Shown here piece after piece: positions 37,732-50,485 of a stretch of DNA of 64,000 bases. The position numbers and the translations under genes are program-made. Source of the stretch: Neoechinorhynchus agilis. Lineage: Eukaryota > Animalia > Acanthocephala. Below the pieces are notes generated by a model. The model was not told the DNA's origin and searched no databases. It saw only the letters and a list, made by a program, of their open reading frames with translations. Numbering within the stretch: position 1 is the stretch's first letter; every line of letters starts with the position of its first letter. The stretch covers positions 19,012,784-19,076,783 of the forward strand of contig CM121341.1 of NCBI GenBank assembly GCA_051530055.1. Direction: 5' to 3'.

Positions 37732-39372
37732 ATGCTCTCATACTTATTTGCGGTGCGAGACTATATTAAGGATAAATTTTCTTACCTTGGTGAATCTATT
37801 GGAATCCTGCCGCCAAGAGATGAACCAGTTGTTACTAATTTCCGGCGTGGCACCAACTTCTTTGGAAAACTCGGGCCTTTGGCAGAAGACCCGTGGGACG
37901 TATTCAAACACCAGATTGAAGCGACTTATTTGCGGAACAATGCTACAAAAGTATGCAATACCCTGCAGAAGTTTGACATATCCCTCTCGGATCTGGCCAT
38001 GATTAAACGTCAGTTTCAGCGGTCAATGGACAAGGGTTTGGATCCCGAGAAGGGCCACTCTGACTTAAAGATGATACCAACATTTGTTACTAGAACACCC
38101 GATGGATCCGAGGTTGGAGAATATTTAGCCCTTGATCTTGGTGGAACAAACTTTCGGGTACTCCTATTTTTCATGACCGGAAGTCCTGAAACGAAACGCT
38201 TGAGGGCGAAGGAATATCACATAAATTTATCGATTATGCAAAGTGACGGCAAAACGCTATTCGGATTTATTTCCTCGAAAATAGATGAGTTTATGCGAAT
38301 CCACAAAATGGACAAGAAAAAACCAAGAAACCTTGGTTTTACGTTTTCATTTCCATGCCTCCAGAAATCTCTCAATAGTGGGAATCTGATGCAATGGACA
38401 AAAAACTTTGATTGTCAGGATGTGGTGGGAACCGATGTGGTTCAATGGCTTCAGGAATCGATTGAAGAACGTGGTTTGAACATCAAGGTCGTCGCTCTGG
38501 TCAACGACACCGTTGGCACCCTGATGGCAACAGCATTTCAGTACCCGGACTGTTCCATGGGGATGATTGTGGGAACAGGGACAAACGCTTGTTATATCGA
38601 AGAAGTAAAAAATATCAAAAATTTCGTTAATCTTAGCTCCAATGACCGATATATGATCGTCAATATGGAATGGGGAGGTTATGGTGATACTGACGAAGAT
38701 TGTAGCCTCGACAAATTCACAACAGATTTTGACCGGGAAATTGACCTTGGCTCAATAAATCCAAGGAAACAAAAGTTCGAGAAACTTATATCTGGAATGT
38801 ACCTTGGTGAAATTGTCCGGCTGGTTTTAGTCGATCTTTATGAAAAAGATCTTTTCGGCTACAAATATTCCAATAAGAGAACCACGTAAACCATTGGGGT
38901 CTTTTCTCGGACAACACATCTTTTTAGTTGAAAGACACCAATGGTAAATGAATTCAATAAGTCTGTCCTTTATACTCCAATGGGTTTTCTTTCAAAGTAT
39001 ATCTCTGAGGTCGAAAAGGACCGAGGCCTCTCATTTAAGAGGACGAAGCCAATAATGGATTTATTAGGTCTTGAAGATGCTACAATAGACGATTATGCGA
39101 TCCTTCATGCTGTCTGCAAATCCGTAACCCAAAGAGCAGCGAAACTATTGGCAGCGGCAATGGCTGCTACACTTGAGAAAATGAAAAGAAACGATCAGAC
39201 TATTGGAATAGACGGCAGCCTTTATCGGTACCACCCAAAATTCATGCAGACGGTAGAGTTTTACTGTAATCTTCTTTTGGACAAATCAATACAATATAAA
39301 ATTGCTCTTGCTTCGGACGGATCGGGAATCGGCGCTGCGTTGGCTGCAGCATCGGCTAATAAAGAACATTGA
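37732..39372 (+). CDS. HK: Hexokinase copy 1, split into 385-aa and 143-aa in-frame ORFs by TAA 38887 and TGA 38929
   Basis: [61 protein letters not shown], then IGIDGSLYRYHP and SDGSGIGAAL. Confidence 0.9.
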
Positions 39373-39744
39373 TGCACAAGTTTTACAAAATTAATGTTAA
39401 TAAATTTTAAACAGGGTTTTGGTTTCCAAGAATTAATCGGGTACTTTTAGTATCAAACACCGATTACTCAAACAAATCGCGAATGAATACAGTACATTCA
39501 AAGAGTTCTCTAGATTGTTTTACAAAGTATAGCAAACAAAAAATCGTAAACGTGACATCAGTCGTGAGTAAAGAAATAAATTTTTCTTTCAAAATTAGGC
39601 TCGATTACTTGGAAGATAACATTGGAAAGCAAAACTTTTTAAATTGAAGCGGATTTCTGAGATTGTCACTAAGCAACGAGTACTCCTTAAAATAAAAAAT
39701 GTATCATATAGATTTGAAGGAACTAAAAATTAAGTTGATAACTA

Positions 39745-40501
39745 ATGTGTTGTTGGGCGGCGTTCATTGTACTTTTCTTAGGACAACAGATCTCTGTTAC
39801 ACTTGGCGACGATATCAATCCTTCAATCCAGTCGCATTTCAGCAACAATCTTGTTCAGTGCATGAATAACCATCGTAGCCATCATGGCTCACCACCACTT
39901 TCTCTGAGTCCGCAATTAAATGAGAAAGCCAAGGAGCGTGTTAAAAAGATGATGCACGACCAATACCTGATGATCGACAAGGGGGAAACTATGTTTTATT
40001 TTAAATCTACGTCAAATATCCGTAATGAAGCGGATAACAGTTTTGCGCAGTGGGCCATCGGATTGTGTAGAATAATCGATGCATCTAAGACTTTGTTGTG
40101 CTCGTGGAAGCATCGTTTGTTGTAAAATGTGGTATTGTCAAATATTGGATTACGACTTTTTGGAAGGTCGATACTTGCCAAATACAACGAGCTTCACACA
40201 AATGGTTTGGAAATCTTCTACATCTGTAGGTTTCGGAGTTGGCGTTTACGAAAACCGGGTTGACCGAACGAAGTTAGACTACTATTTTCTTAGAATATTC
40301 TCTCCGGCAGGGAACGCTCCGAGGACGACCGGTTATGAAAACCCGTACATCCAAAATGTCCTTACTACCAAATTTGATTATAAAAGCTATTGTGATGCAT
40401 ATAAAAAGACAACAAAAAGTATGGCAAATAAAACATCAGAAAGCTTAGTTCAGATCGAGTTGAATATTAGGAAGCATCATTACGGCGAGAGAAGGGATTA
40501 G
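39745..40501 (+). CDS. Secreted CAP/SCP (GAPR-1/PR-1-like) domain protein, copy 1; short intron inferred near 40050-40110
   Basis: Signal-peptide-like N-terminus, NNHRSHHGSPPLSLSPQL, KMWY..YDF, FTQMVWKSSTSVGFG, FSPAGN. Confidence 0.85.
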
Positions 40502-41446
40502 TACCTTGGAACCAAGTTGACGGTCGGAGTAATGTTTATGTTGATTTATTTTATCACTTTAAAAAATGTTTTTGATTTGTACTTGCAAGTGTTTCAATCT
40601 GTATTAGCATTTTACTGCTGATTCAATACTTTTATAAATTAAATTTATTCCTCATGCTTAATGCTGACTAAAATGTTCCTGTTGTCGATATAAAATTTCT
40701 TTTTAATCATGTGTTTTCGCAACCACAGCGCTGCAGTGGAGGCCTGCATGCGGCCGCTCATATAGCTACAAATTTCTTCCTCCAAGGAAGCAAACCAGCG
40801 ATTACTTTATCCAGAAAAATTAGCATAGAAAAAGTAAGACATTGAAGAAATTGATTTAAAAGTTTTATTTATTGAACGGAAAAGGCGATATTCTGTGGAG
40901 ATAAATTAGAAATTCTACGTAAGGTGTTGTTGGGTCCAAATGACAATATTAAAGCGTCGTAACTAGCCAAGTCAAAAAAGAAACGCGAAGATCAACCTGA
41001 AGTAAAAAATTAAGATTAACAGAGCTTGGGATCGTTTTTCAATAAACACATTTCTGTTATTATTTTGGTCGCTTGTCGACACCCGAGAGAGATCGCGTTA
41101 AAGTCAAATGTTTATATTTCGAGTGATCGTATCGGTCATTTTATCAATTCAAATTGCTTGAAGGTATAAAGTTTTTCAATTCTCTACATTATGACTGATT
41201 CAATCGAAATATACATTCGACTATAAAATAATAACGCAAGTATTCCGTTAAATTGACGAACGATCGGCATCTTTCGATCTAAACGAATTTCAAGAAACAT
41301 CTTCTCTACCGGGTAATCTTCAAAAATGGTCCGAATGATTTTTGGGTTGTCTTCCGGATAATTTCCTACTTTCAGCCACATTCGCATAGTTCAATCAATG
41401 AAGGTATTCTAAAATATCGTGGGAATTCTGTGAGATTTATCTCTAC

Positions 41447-43027
41447 ATGTTGCTTCAATCTGAGTTGAGAGTTGGATGGAGTCGGCTATTTATCTGCCGA
41501 GCATCCACACTCGGCACTCGCCGCGAATTCACAAAGAGTCAAAGCAGTGAGGCTACTAAAACCTCAGCTCCTGGAGATAGTGGACGATTCCATCTTAGCG
41601 AAAATGTAGTAACCGTATTTGGTGGCAGTGGTTTCATTGGTAGAAGTTTAATATCGAGATTATGTGAGTGTCTTAGTTTCTTTAATAATAGCATAAACAC
41701 AAGCAATAGGCAAGCTTGGTTGTCAGGTTAAGGTTCCATATAGAGGTGAATTGTATCACTTAAGAAGTTTGCGAGTTTCCGGTGAACTGGGTCAAGTTCA
41801 GTTTTGTCCTTTCAACGCAAAAGATGTTCAATCGATTGCTCGAGCAATGAAGTATTCAAACGTTGTTGTGAATTTGATTGGAAGGAGTTGGGAAACAAGG
41901 TTTGAATTTTTGAAGTTTAAAGAGATTTACGATTGATTTGAACTTATCAGCAATTTCCCATTCGACGCTGTTCACGTTGACGTTGCTCAAACTATAGCTC
42001 GTGAGGCACAGCGACTCGGTGTTCAAAGATTAATTCATTTTTCGTCATTGAACGCTTCTTTGAATCCCCCACGGTTTTACACTCGTACTGGATCAAGATT
42101 TCTCATCTCAAAAGTAAATTGATAAAGGAGCTTTATTCTTGTGTGAAACGAGAATCGTTAGGCGAAAGGAGAGGAAGCCGTTCTCAGTGAGTTTCCCGAA
42201 GCTTGCATTGTGAGACCCGCTGACGTCTATGGTTGGAACGATCACTTTATCGCCTATTATAATCACATGTGTAAGCCCTTTCTATCGATATTTGGTACCA
42301 ATTCTATAATGCCAAGTTCGACGAAGCATTACCAACCGCTTTATTCCCTTGTACGCTCGTGGACGTCGAACTACAAAGATTCCCATTTCGGTGTGTAGTC
42401 CGCTTTTTTCGATAATAACATCCACATTTGGAAAAGATACACAACGTAATAGATGGCATCGTTGAACTTTGCGATCGTGATTGTAACATCGCTAATGGAC
42501 AAATAGTGGAATTCTATGGGTCGGTCAAATTGTTTCCATTTCTAAGCTTCACGGTCTTCATATTGCAGACCCTACGGATATTCGCTTCACGACATCATCA
42601 AGTATTTAATCACTTGTCTGCGACGAAAAAGCACGATTTCTTGGATGCTCCCGACAACTTTGGCTAAAGTGTTCATTACGAGCAAGTTGATGACGACAAC
42701 CAGAGAAATCAATATTGATCGCCTTGAAAGGGAATTCACCAGTGATACAATTACCAGTCCGTACAGCCTTCAGAATCTTATTGCGGACGATAGGATGCTG
42801 TCCTTGCCGCATATGTGGCCACACGTTTGTAGGTCAGCAGCTTTTCCACTTCTAAATTATCCTTTAAACTGAGAAATAGACCTTATTGTACTGGACTAAT
42901 ACATGGCGAGACTTTTGAAAATCAGCCTGAACCGGAATGTCTGCATGCTATACCCGTAAGTGAATTCTGTAACTTCCAAAAGGACACAGCAGACGAAGGA
43001 ATCGCGTTATCGCTGAAATCATCCTAA
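41447..43027 (+). CDS. NDUFA9: NADH dehydrogenase 1 alpha subcomplex subunit 9; at least 8 exons
   Basis: VTVFGGSGFIG, VKVPYRG, YSNVVVNLIG, VRPADVYG. In-frame GT-AG introns: 41664-41709, 41900-41950, 42114-42161, 42271-42316, 42391-42436, 42520-42568, 42833-42879. Exact 3' end uncertain. Confidence 0.92.
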
Positions 43028-44099
43028 ACGATCAAATCGGTGTTTTTAAATATAATACATTTAAACGTGAACTGAATGTAGTCGCTTACATTTGTAGATC
43101 TAAAAGATCCATTTTTAGTTATGCCGAATCAATTAAAATCAACTTTAGGCGTAGTAATTTTCTGCTTTTTAGATCGCGCCACTAAGACGATCTTGAATGC
43201 AAATATCCATGCGTTCACATCCTTATTATTGAATTATCGAATTAGGTGCCAACGTGTTGAAATACTTAATGTTTGCCGCTCATAAGCTAACCACGGGGGG
43301 GGAATATTGGCAATGTCGTTCTTATTCACTCAAAGTGCATAAATTTCGCAATATTAATAAATTTGGGTTTTCGAAAAATCACAAATGTTACTGTTGATCA
43401 AGAAGCATATAATTAATCGTTAATAATTTCACGATACCAACAATTTTGAACCTTTTCGTTCTTTGGAAAATGATTCCGCAGTCTAATAAGTAGATTCTGC
43501 CTTTCATAGCCCGATAAATTCACTCATTTGCACACCAAGGGTTTTTCAAAATTAGGCCGAGTTTTATTGTCTAGCTTGATTTCTTATACGTTCTTTAGGT
43601 CCTCCGAGGGTTTGTTAGAATGGCGCCATCATTATTTTGTTTCTTCGATTGCGAAAATAAACCAGGGAAAAAAACAGCTATTGAATATCTGAACAATATT
43701 GTTTATGCCGCTTTTGTGGACGCATATAAAATCGCTTTAAATAGACGACAGAAGTACCACTTCTTTTTGGCACCTATGAACTTCTGTATTAAAAACATCG
43801 TCTTTGGCAACAGTAGCGATGAAATTCTTCGATTGGTCGGAGTTCACCACAATACGTCATTTCTTTGCCTCAGTTGTCTCACTAAGTTTTTATGTTGCCT
43901 ATGAGCCATTGCAATAATATGATTGTTAATTCTGTGATCTATGTCAAATCCGTCAGCTTGCAAATAATTAGCATCAAAGAAGTCCGGATGACGATTCCGG
44001 TAACGTTGATGGAATGAAGAATTTTGCAATTTACTGCAAAGAAAACAAATGCTTTGAACTAAAATCAATCCGCCGGCATAGGTTACTTTTCGTAAACTA

Positions 44100-45865
44100 T
44101 CATAAATTTATTTGTATACAATTTATCTATGCATTGTTTACAACCTCTCCGCTTCTATTCATCGGCGCTGGCCAAAATGCTAGCCGCGTTGCCCCGTTGC
44201 ACCGCAATGCTTACTTTTTGGGCTAGGAACGAAGTCGATTTTGGCTCTCCAGTTGCCGCGTTGATTCGTTTCCCCAAGTCCTTCACGAGAGCCAGTGTCG
44301 ACCCTCCCAAGGTACGTTTTCACACCGAAGGGAACAAAATGGTAATTTCGGATTAGCTCCCTGTATTTCGAGCATTTCCGCTCCTCTGCAGCCGTCTCCG
44401 CTCGTCCTGGACCTTTTTTTTCGAGTGGCTGATGTTGGAGTTTGTCAACGTGTCCACACACATTGCATCCCACAACAAACGTTTCCCCTCCCGCCAAGGA
44501 AAAATGGTCACGCCATCAGGGCGTCTTCCATCTAATCTACAAAGATTAGTGGGTTCTAGAATGTTTGGGAGGGAAAGCGTTTTTAGGGTCCTACTCAGAA
44601 TGGCATTGATTTCAGCATGCCTTGGAAATCGTCCCGCTGACGTCGTGCATATGAGATCGTGTCTCCCCGAAGCGTCCACTATAGTGCCGCAGCGATGAGG
44701 GATGCAAATCGGCAGGCCTGATCTCAAGGATACTGCGATCCTGACGACTGAGTCAGCAAGGAGAGTTCCAAGTTTCCCTACAGGGAGAGCATTCAGCCAC
44801 GCGCCCGACTCCTTCGTGGAACAGGCTACCAGCCGGACCTGAGACACCTCATCCAGAAGATCTTTGAAAGAGTTGTGAATCTTCTGAACAAGAGGAATGT
44901 CCCAAGACGACTGTTTGCACTCATTCGCGGGGAGCTGGTTGATGCCTGTCAATTTATGCCATTGATATAATCATGTTTCAAAGATCGCATCCTTCAGTGA
45001 TGTGCCTAAAATGGCATCGGCATAGACTTTACTTGCCCGGCAAGAAGAGAGGAAGGCAGGTAAAGCGACGTCTGAAGTGGTGCGAACTCCCAAACCACCA
45101 TAAGCCATGGGAAAAGTAACCTGTCGCCAACCTGTGTCCGAAAATTTGACATTCAATATATGCCCCAGTTGCTTACGAATTACCCCGTCGAGCTCTCCTA
45201 ACAATTTGTCTTCTCCGAAACATGGAGCTGCTCCTAGCTTATGAAGCAATTTCGGCATATAGAGGTAATTCTTGATCAAGAAGAGACCCTCATGTGCCGA
45301 AAGCTCAGAAGTTCGGCCGCAGAGCAACTCAATTTTCGGGATTTGTGCGCGCAGGTCCTTCGCAACATTCTCAGCAAGAACGCAGCTCCCGAGGAGTGTG
45401 AGCTGGTCAAGGGTGATCAAACCTAGACCAGGCGCAACTGATTCAAAATCGCTAGAGATTTGAGAACGCTCGTTTGCAGTTGCGTTCAGGATTAGAAGTT
45501 CGCATTTTTGGGGATTTATTTCTATTCCCAAGCGAACAGCTCCATTCACGATCCTTTGAAGGGCGCCTAAAACAACACTTGGATCGCCACCGAGTGTGGC
45601 ATCGTCCAAGTGCCAAGCGTTGAAAGAAGAAAACATTGAATGGGCAAGATCATTTACTGCGACGGAGAAGCCTATGGGGTCGAGTGGATCTCCCTGTTGT
45701 ACACCGCTCTGCGACCAAATTATTTTGTCGTTGTACAGCAGTAGCGTATGTTTAGCATATGCTCTCCAGAAATAGGGGTAAGCCTCTGGGACGACATCCT
45801 CAATCGCTTTTAACATTATTTCCCTTTTTAAGGTATTGAAAGCATTTTTAAAATCTATTTGATTC
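44100..45865 (-). mobile_element. 5'-truncated CRE/SLACS-clade non-LTR retroelement (RT plus restriction-like endonuclease), frameshifted
   Basis: IDFKNAFN, GVQQGDPL, WHLDD, GGLGV, AWLNALP, PICIPHRCG..DASGRHDLIC, RPDG..PWREGKRLLWD, FVPFGV. Confidence 0.9.
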
Positions 45866-46472
45866 TGGCAATAGCAGAAAAATAAAAAGAAGAGCAATTC
45901 ATTGGGTTTATTTAAAGTTTCAATTGAGAAAAGATAGACAGTACGGGTTCTAAGTCTACTTAAAATTATTTCTTTAATACACAATGAGACTAAATCGGTA
46001 AATGTATTCGCTAACATTATCGATCTTTTATACCCCTTTTGTTCCGATCAGAGGTCGAATTATTCAGTAGATAAACGGACATAGCTTCAACAATCATCCT
46101 AGTAATTTAATGGCATGTGTGAGATTTCCTTAGTAACTCAGCTCAATTTTTGATTTACGATTTCACCCCCTCAAGCCATTCAATAAATCGCTTTGTAGAA
46201 TTCCATTCTATGAATTATGTTTTTAAGCATTCATTTAACACCCTCAAACACAGACTATCCTTCTTTTTATTAATTGCCCACGGAGATACAATCGCATCAT
46301 TGGCTGCAAAAACATTTGACCAAAAGTAATTTTATATTATAAAAGTATTGAATCAGCAGTAAAATGCTAATACAGATTGAAACACTTGCAAGTACAAATC
46401 AAAAACTTTTTTTAAAGTGATAAAATAAATCAACATAAACATTACTCCGACCGTCAACTTGGTTCCAAGGTA

Positions 46473-47229
46473 CTAATCCCTTCTCTCGCCGTAATGATGC
46501 TTCCTAATATTCAACTCGATCTGAACTAAGCTTTCTGATGTTTTATTTGCCATACTTTTTGTTGTCTTTTTATATGCATCACAATAGCTTTTATAATCAA
46601 ATTTGGTAGTAAGGACATTTTGGATGTACGGGTTTTCATAACCGGTCGTCCTCGGAGCGTTCCCTGCCGGAGAGAATATTCTAAGAAAATAGTAGTCTAA
46701 CTTCGTTCGGTCAACCCGGTTTTCGTAAACGCCAACTCCGAAACCTACAGATGTAGAAGATTTCCAAACCATTTGTGTGAAGCTCGTTGTATTTGGCAAG
46801 TATCGACCTTCCAAAAAGTCGTAATCCAATATTTGACAATACCACATTTTACAACAAACGATGCTTCCACGAGCACAACAAAGTCTTAGATGCATCGATT
46901 ATTCTACACAATCCGATGGCCCACTGCGCAAAACTGTTATCCGCTTCATTACGGATATTTGACGTAGATTTAAAATAAAACATAGTTTCCCCCTTGTCGA
47001 TCATCAGGTATTGGTCGTGCATCATCTTTTTAACACGCTCCTTGGCTTTCTCATTTAATTGCGGACTCAGAGAAAGTGGTGGTGAGCCATGATGGCTACG
47101 ATGGTTATTCATGCACTGAACAAGATTGTTGCTGAAATGCGACTGGATTGAAGGATTGATATCGTCGCCAAGTGTAACAGAGATCTGTTGTCCTAAGAAA
47201 AGTACAATGAACGCCGCCCAACAACACAT
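46473..47229 (-). CDS. CAP/SCP domain protein, copy 2
   Basis: Protein identical to copy 1. Confidence 0.85.
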
Positions 47230-47601
47230 TAGTTATCAACTTAATTTTTAGTTCCTTCAAATCTATATGATACATTTTTTATTTTAAGGAGTACTCGTTG
47301 CTTAGTGACAATCTCAGAAATCCGCTTCAATTTAAAAAGTTTTGCTTTCCAATGTTATCTTCCAAGTAATCGAGCCTAATTTTGAAAGAAAATTTTATTT
47401 CTTTACTCACGACTGATGTCACGTTTACGATTTTTTGTTTGCTATACTTTGTAAAACAATCTAGAGAACTCTTTGAATGTACTGTATTCATTCGCGATTT
47501 GTTTGAGTAATCGGTGTTTGATACTAAAAGTACCCGATTAATTCTTGGAAACCAAAACCCTGTTTAAAATTTATTAACATTAATTTTGTAAAACTTGTGC
47601 A

Positions 47602-49242
47602 TCAATGTTCTTTATTAGCCGATGCTGCAGCCAACGCAGCGCCGATTCCCGATCCGTCCGAAGCAAGAGCAATTTTATATTGTATTGATTTGTCCAAAAG
47701 AAGATTACAGTAAAACTCTACCGTCTGCATGAATTTTGGGTGGTACCGATAAAGGCTGCCGTCTATTCCAATAGTCTGATCGTTTCTTTTCATTTTCTCA
47801 AGTGTAGCAGCCATTGCCGCTGCCAATAGTTTCGCTGCTCTTTGGGTTACGGATTTGCAGACAGCATGAAGGATCGCATAATCGTCTATTGTAGCATCTT
47901 CAAGACCTAATAAATCCATTATTGGCTTCGTCCTCTTAAATGAGAGGCCTCGGTCCTTTTCGACCTCAGAGATATACTTTGTAAGAAAACCCATTGGAGT
48001 ATAAAGGACAGACTTATTGAATTCATTTACCATTGGTGTCTTTCAACTAAAAAGATGTGTTGTCCGAGAAAAGACCCCAATGGTTTACGTGGTTCTCTTA
48101 TTGGAATATTTGTAGCCGAAAAGATCTTTTTCATAAAGATCGACTAAAACCAGCCGGACAATTTCACCAAGGTACATTCCAGATATAAGTTTCTCGAACT
48201 TTTGTTTCCTTGGATTTATTGAGCCAAGGTCAATTTCCCGGTCAAAATCTGTTGTGAATTTGTCGAGGCTACAATCTTCGTCAGTATCACCATAACCTCC
48301 CCATTCCATATTGACGATCATATATCGGTCATTGGAGCTAAGATTAACGAAATTTTTGATATTTTTTACTTCTTCGATATAACAAGCGTTTGTCCCTGTT
48401 CCCACAATCATCCCCATGGAACAGTCCGGATACTGAAATGCTGTTGCCATCAGGGTGCCAACGGTGTCGTTGACCAGAGCGACGACCTTGATGTTCAAAC
48501 CACGTTCTTCAATCGATTCCTGAAGCCATTGAACCACATCGGTTCCCACCACATCCTGACAATCAAAGTTTTTTGTCCATTGCATCAGATTCCCACTATT
48601 GAGAGATTTCTGGAGGCATGGAAATGAAAACGTAAAACCAAGGTTTCTTGGTTTTTTCTTGTCCATTTTGTGGATTCGCATAAACTCATCTATTTTCGAG
48701 GAAATAAATCCGAATAGCGTTTTGCCGTCACTTTGCATAATCGATAAATTTATGTGATATTCCTTCGCCCTCAAGCGTTTCGTTTCAGGACTTCCGGTCA
48801 TGAAAAATAGGAGTACCCGAAAGTTTGTTCCACCAAGATCAAGGGCTAAATATTCTCCAACCTCGGATCCATCGGGTGTTCTAGTAACAAATGTTGGTAT
48901 CATCTTTAAGTCAGAGTGGCCCTTCTCGGGATCCAAACCCTTGTCCATTGACCGCTGAAACTGACGTTTAATCATGGCCAGATCCGAGAGGGATATGTCA
49001 AACTTCTGCAGGGTATTGCATACTTTTGTAGCATTGTTCCGCAAATAAGTCGCTTCAATCTGGTGTTTGAATACGTCCCACGGGTCTTCTGCCAAAGGCC
49101 CGAGTTTTCCAAAGAAGTTGGTGCCACGCCGGAAATTAGTAACAACTGGTTCATCTCTTGGCGGCAGGATTCCAATAGACTCACCAAGGTAAGAAAATTT
49201 ATCCTTAATATAGTCTCGCACCGCAAATAAGTATGAGAGCAT
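47602..49242 (-). CDS. HK: Hexokinase copy 2, with the same internal break
   Basis: Mirror of copy 1; one visible amino-acid difference (FLTKY vs FLSKY). Confidence 0.9.
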
Positions 49243-50485
49243 TCGTGGATATGTTAAAGATGGTTGAGTAGTACACTATACAGTTTCTCTTATAGTCCCG
49301 ACTCGAAAACAACTTCGTACACTCATCAAGTAGTTGTCAAACTAACTTAGCCAGTAGTTAAGACTTGTTTTTTTTGTTTTGATGCCCATTTTGAAGGGGG
49401 GATTGCGCGACTTTGTGGAATTGAAATAATCCTGACAAAAGCGAATTTTACTTCTCAGTCCGTCGTAACGGCATGTTCCATATCCGTATCTTGAACATAG
49501 TTTCTCTATTTCACAAAATGACAAATGATGTATAGGATTCGCATTTGAGAGCCAGAAGGAATATCGTAGCGAATTCTTAGAATCTCTTGGCAAAAACAAA
49601 TCGAATGTTTGCTCACAATCATTAACTAAAAAGGATCTCCATACCAATTCATGGTTTTATTGTCTGTCTACAAATGGGTAGAATTATGCCGAAGGAATAT
49701 CAAACTTGACAGAAAATTCAAGGAAAATAGTTTCTTGGTCAATCTTTAAGCGAAATGTGTCTAAATTTAATTTTAAGCAATCCTAAAATATTGCTACTGT
49801 ACAAGATCGTCAATGAATCAACGATTTTACAAACCAAATAGAGCAAAGAATCTTTCTACGGAACAGTTTACTAGCCGTTGAGTATTTGAACATTTTTTAA
49901 TTTTTTGAAAACAGATCAGAGTTATCGATCGCTTGCGCTTAAGTAAACATTTTTAGCTGGAAGTTTTTAACGACTAAGTAAATGCGACAATCTAAAGTTT
50001 TACACTATTGCTGGAAGTGCGGGAGCTGGATCCAGAAAACCATCAGGGTGTGATACTAAGTCTAATAAAAATCTGAAGATGATTTTTTGATTAAGAAACC
50101 CTAATTTTCTGGGCCATCGATCTTAGGACCTTAGACTTAAAGTGGACGAAACCGAGCTTTAGTAGAAATCGCTCACATTATCCGTACCTTATTAAGTCCC
50201 GTCTCAGAATTTTATTATTTGCATTCCAAACTTCTAGAACACATTGTTTTCTTTGTAACCAAGAACATCGAATCCAAATTGAAATTAAAGCACTTCTTTT
50301 CGAAAAAGTTGCGAATTTGTTTTCTATTATTTGAAATTGCTTATTTTGCAAATTGTTCTCCGGCAAACTCACGTAATTTTCCTAAACAATTTTGTTATTG
50401 CACGTTTGTATTCCAAATTCTACTAATGCGATAACCAATCAAACCACCAATTAGTATACAATTTTTGCAATTGTGTAGCAGAACA

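Larger units (their letters stand above)
36581..40637. repeat. Left arm of a ~4.06-kb near-identical inverted duplication (partner 46337-50397)
   Basis: Reverse-complement identity throughout, with only scattered substitutions; ORF track is mirrored. Confidence 0.97.
46337..50397. repeat. Right arm of the ~4.06-kb inverted duplication
   Basis: Reverse complement of 36581-40637. Confidence 0.97.

Noticed and set aside
40724-40762. Polylinker-like run of palindromes (AGCGCT, CTGCAG, AGGCCT, GCATGC, GCGGCCGC)
   Set aside because: Overlapping GC-rich palindromes with no flanking vector sequence; chance or a hAT-like terminal remnant, not supportable
41184-41387. 67-aa ORF divergent from NDUFA9
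   Set aside because: No recognisable domain and no convincing continuation by splicing
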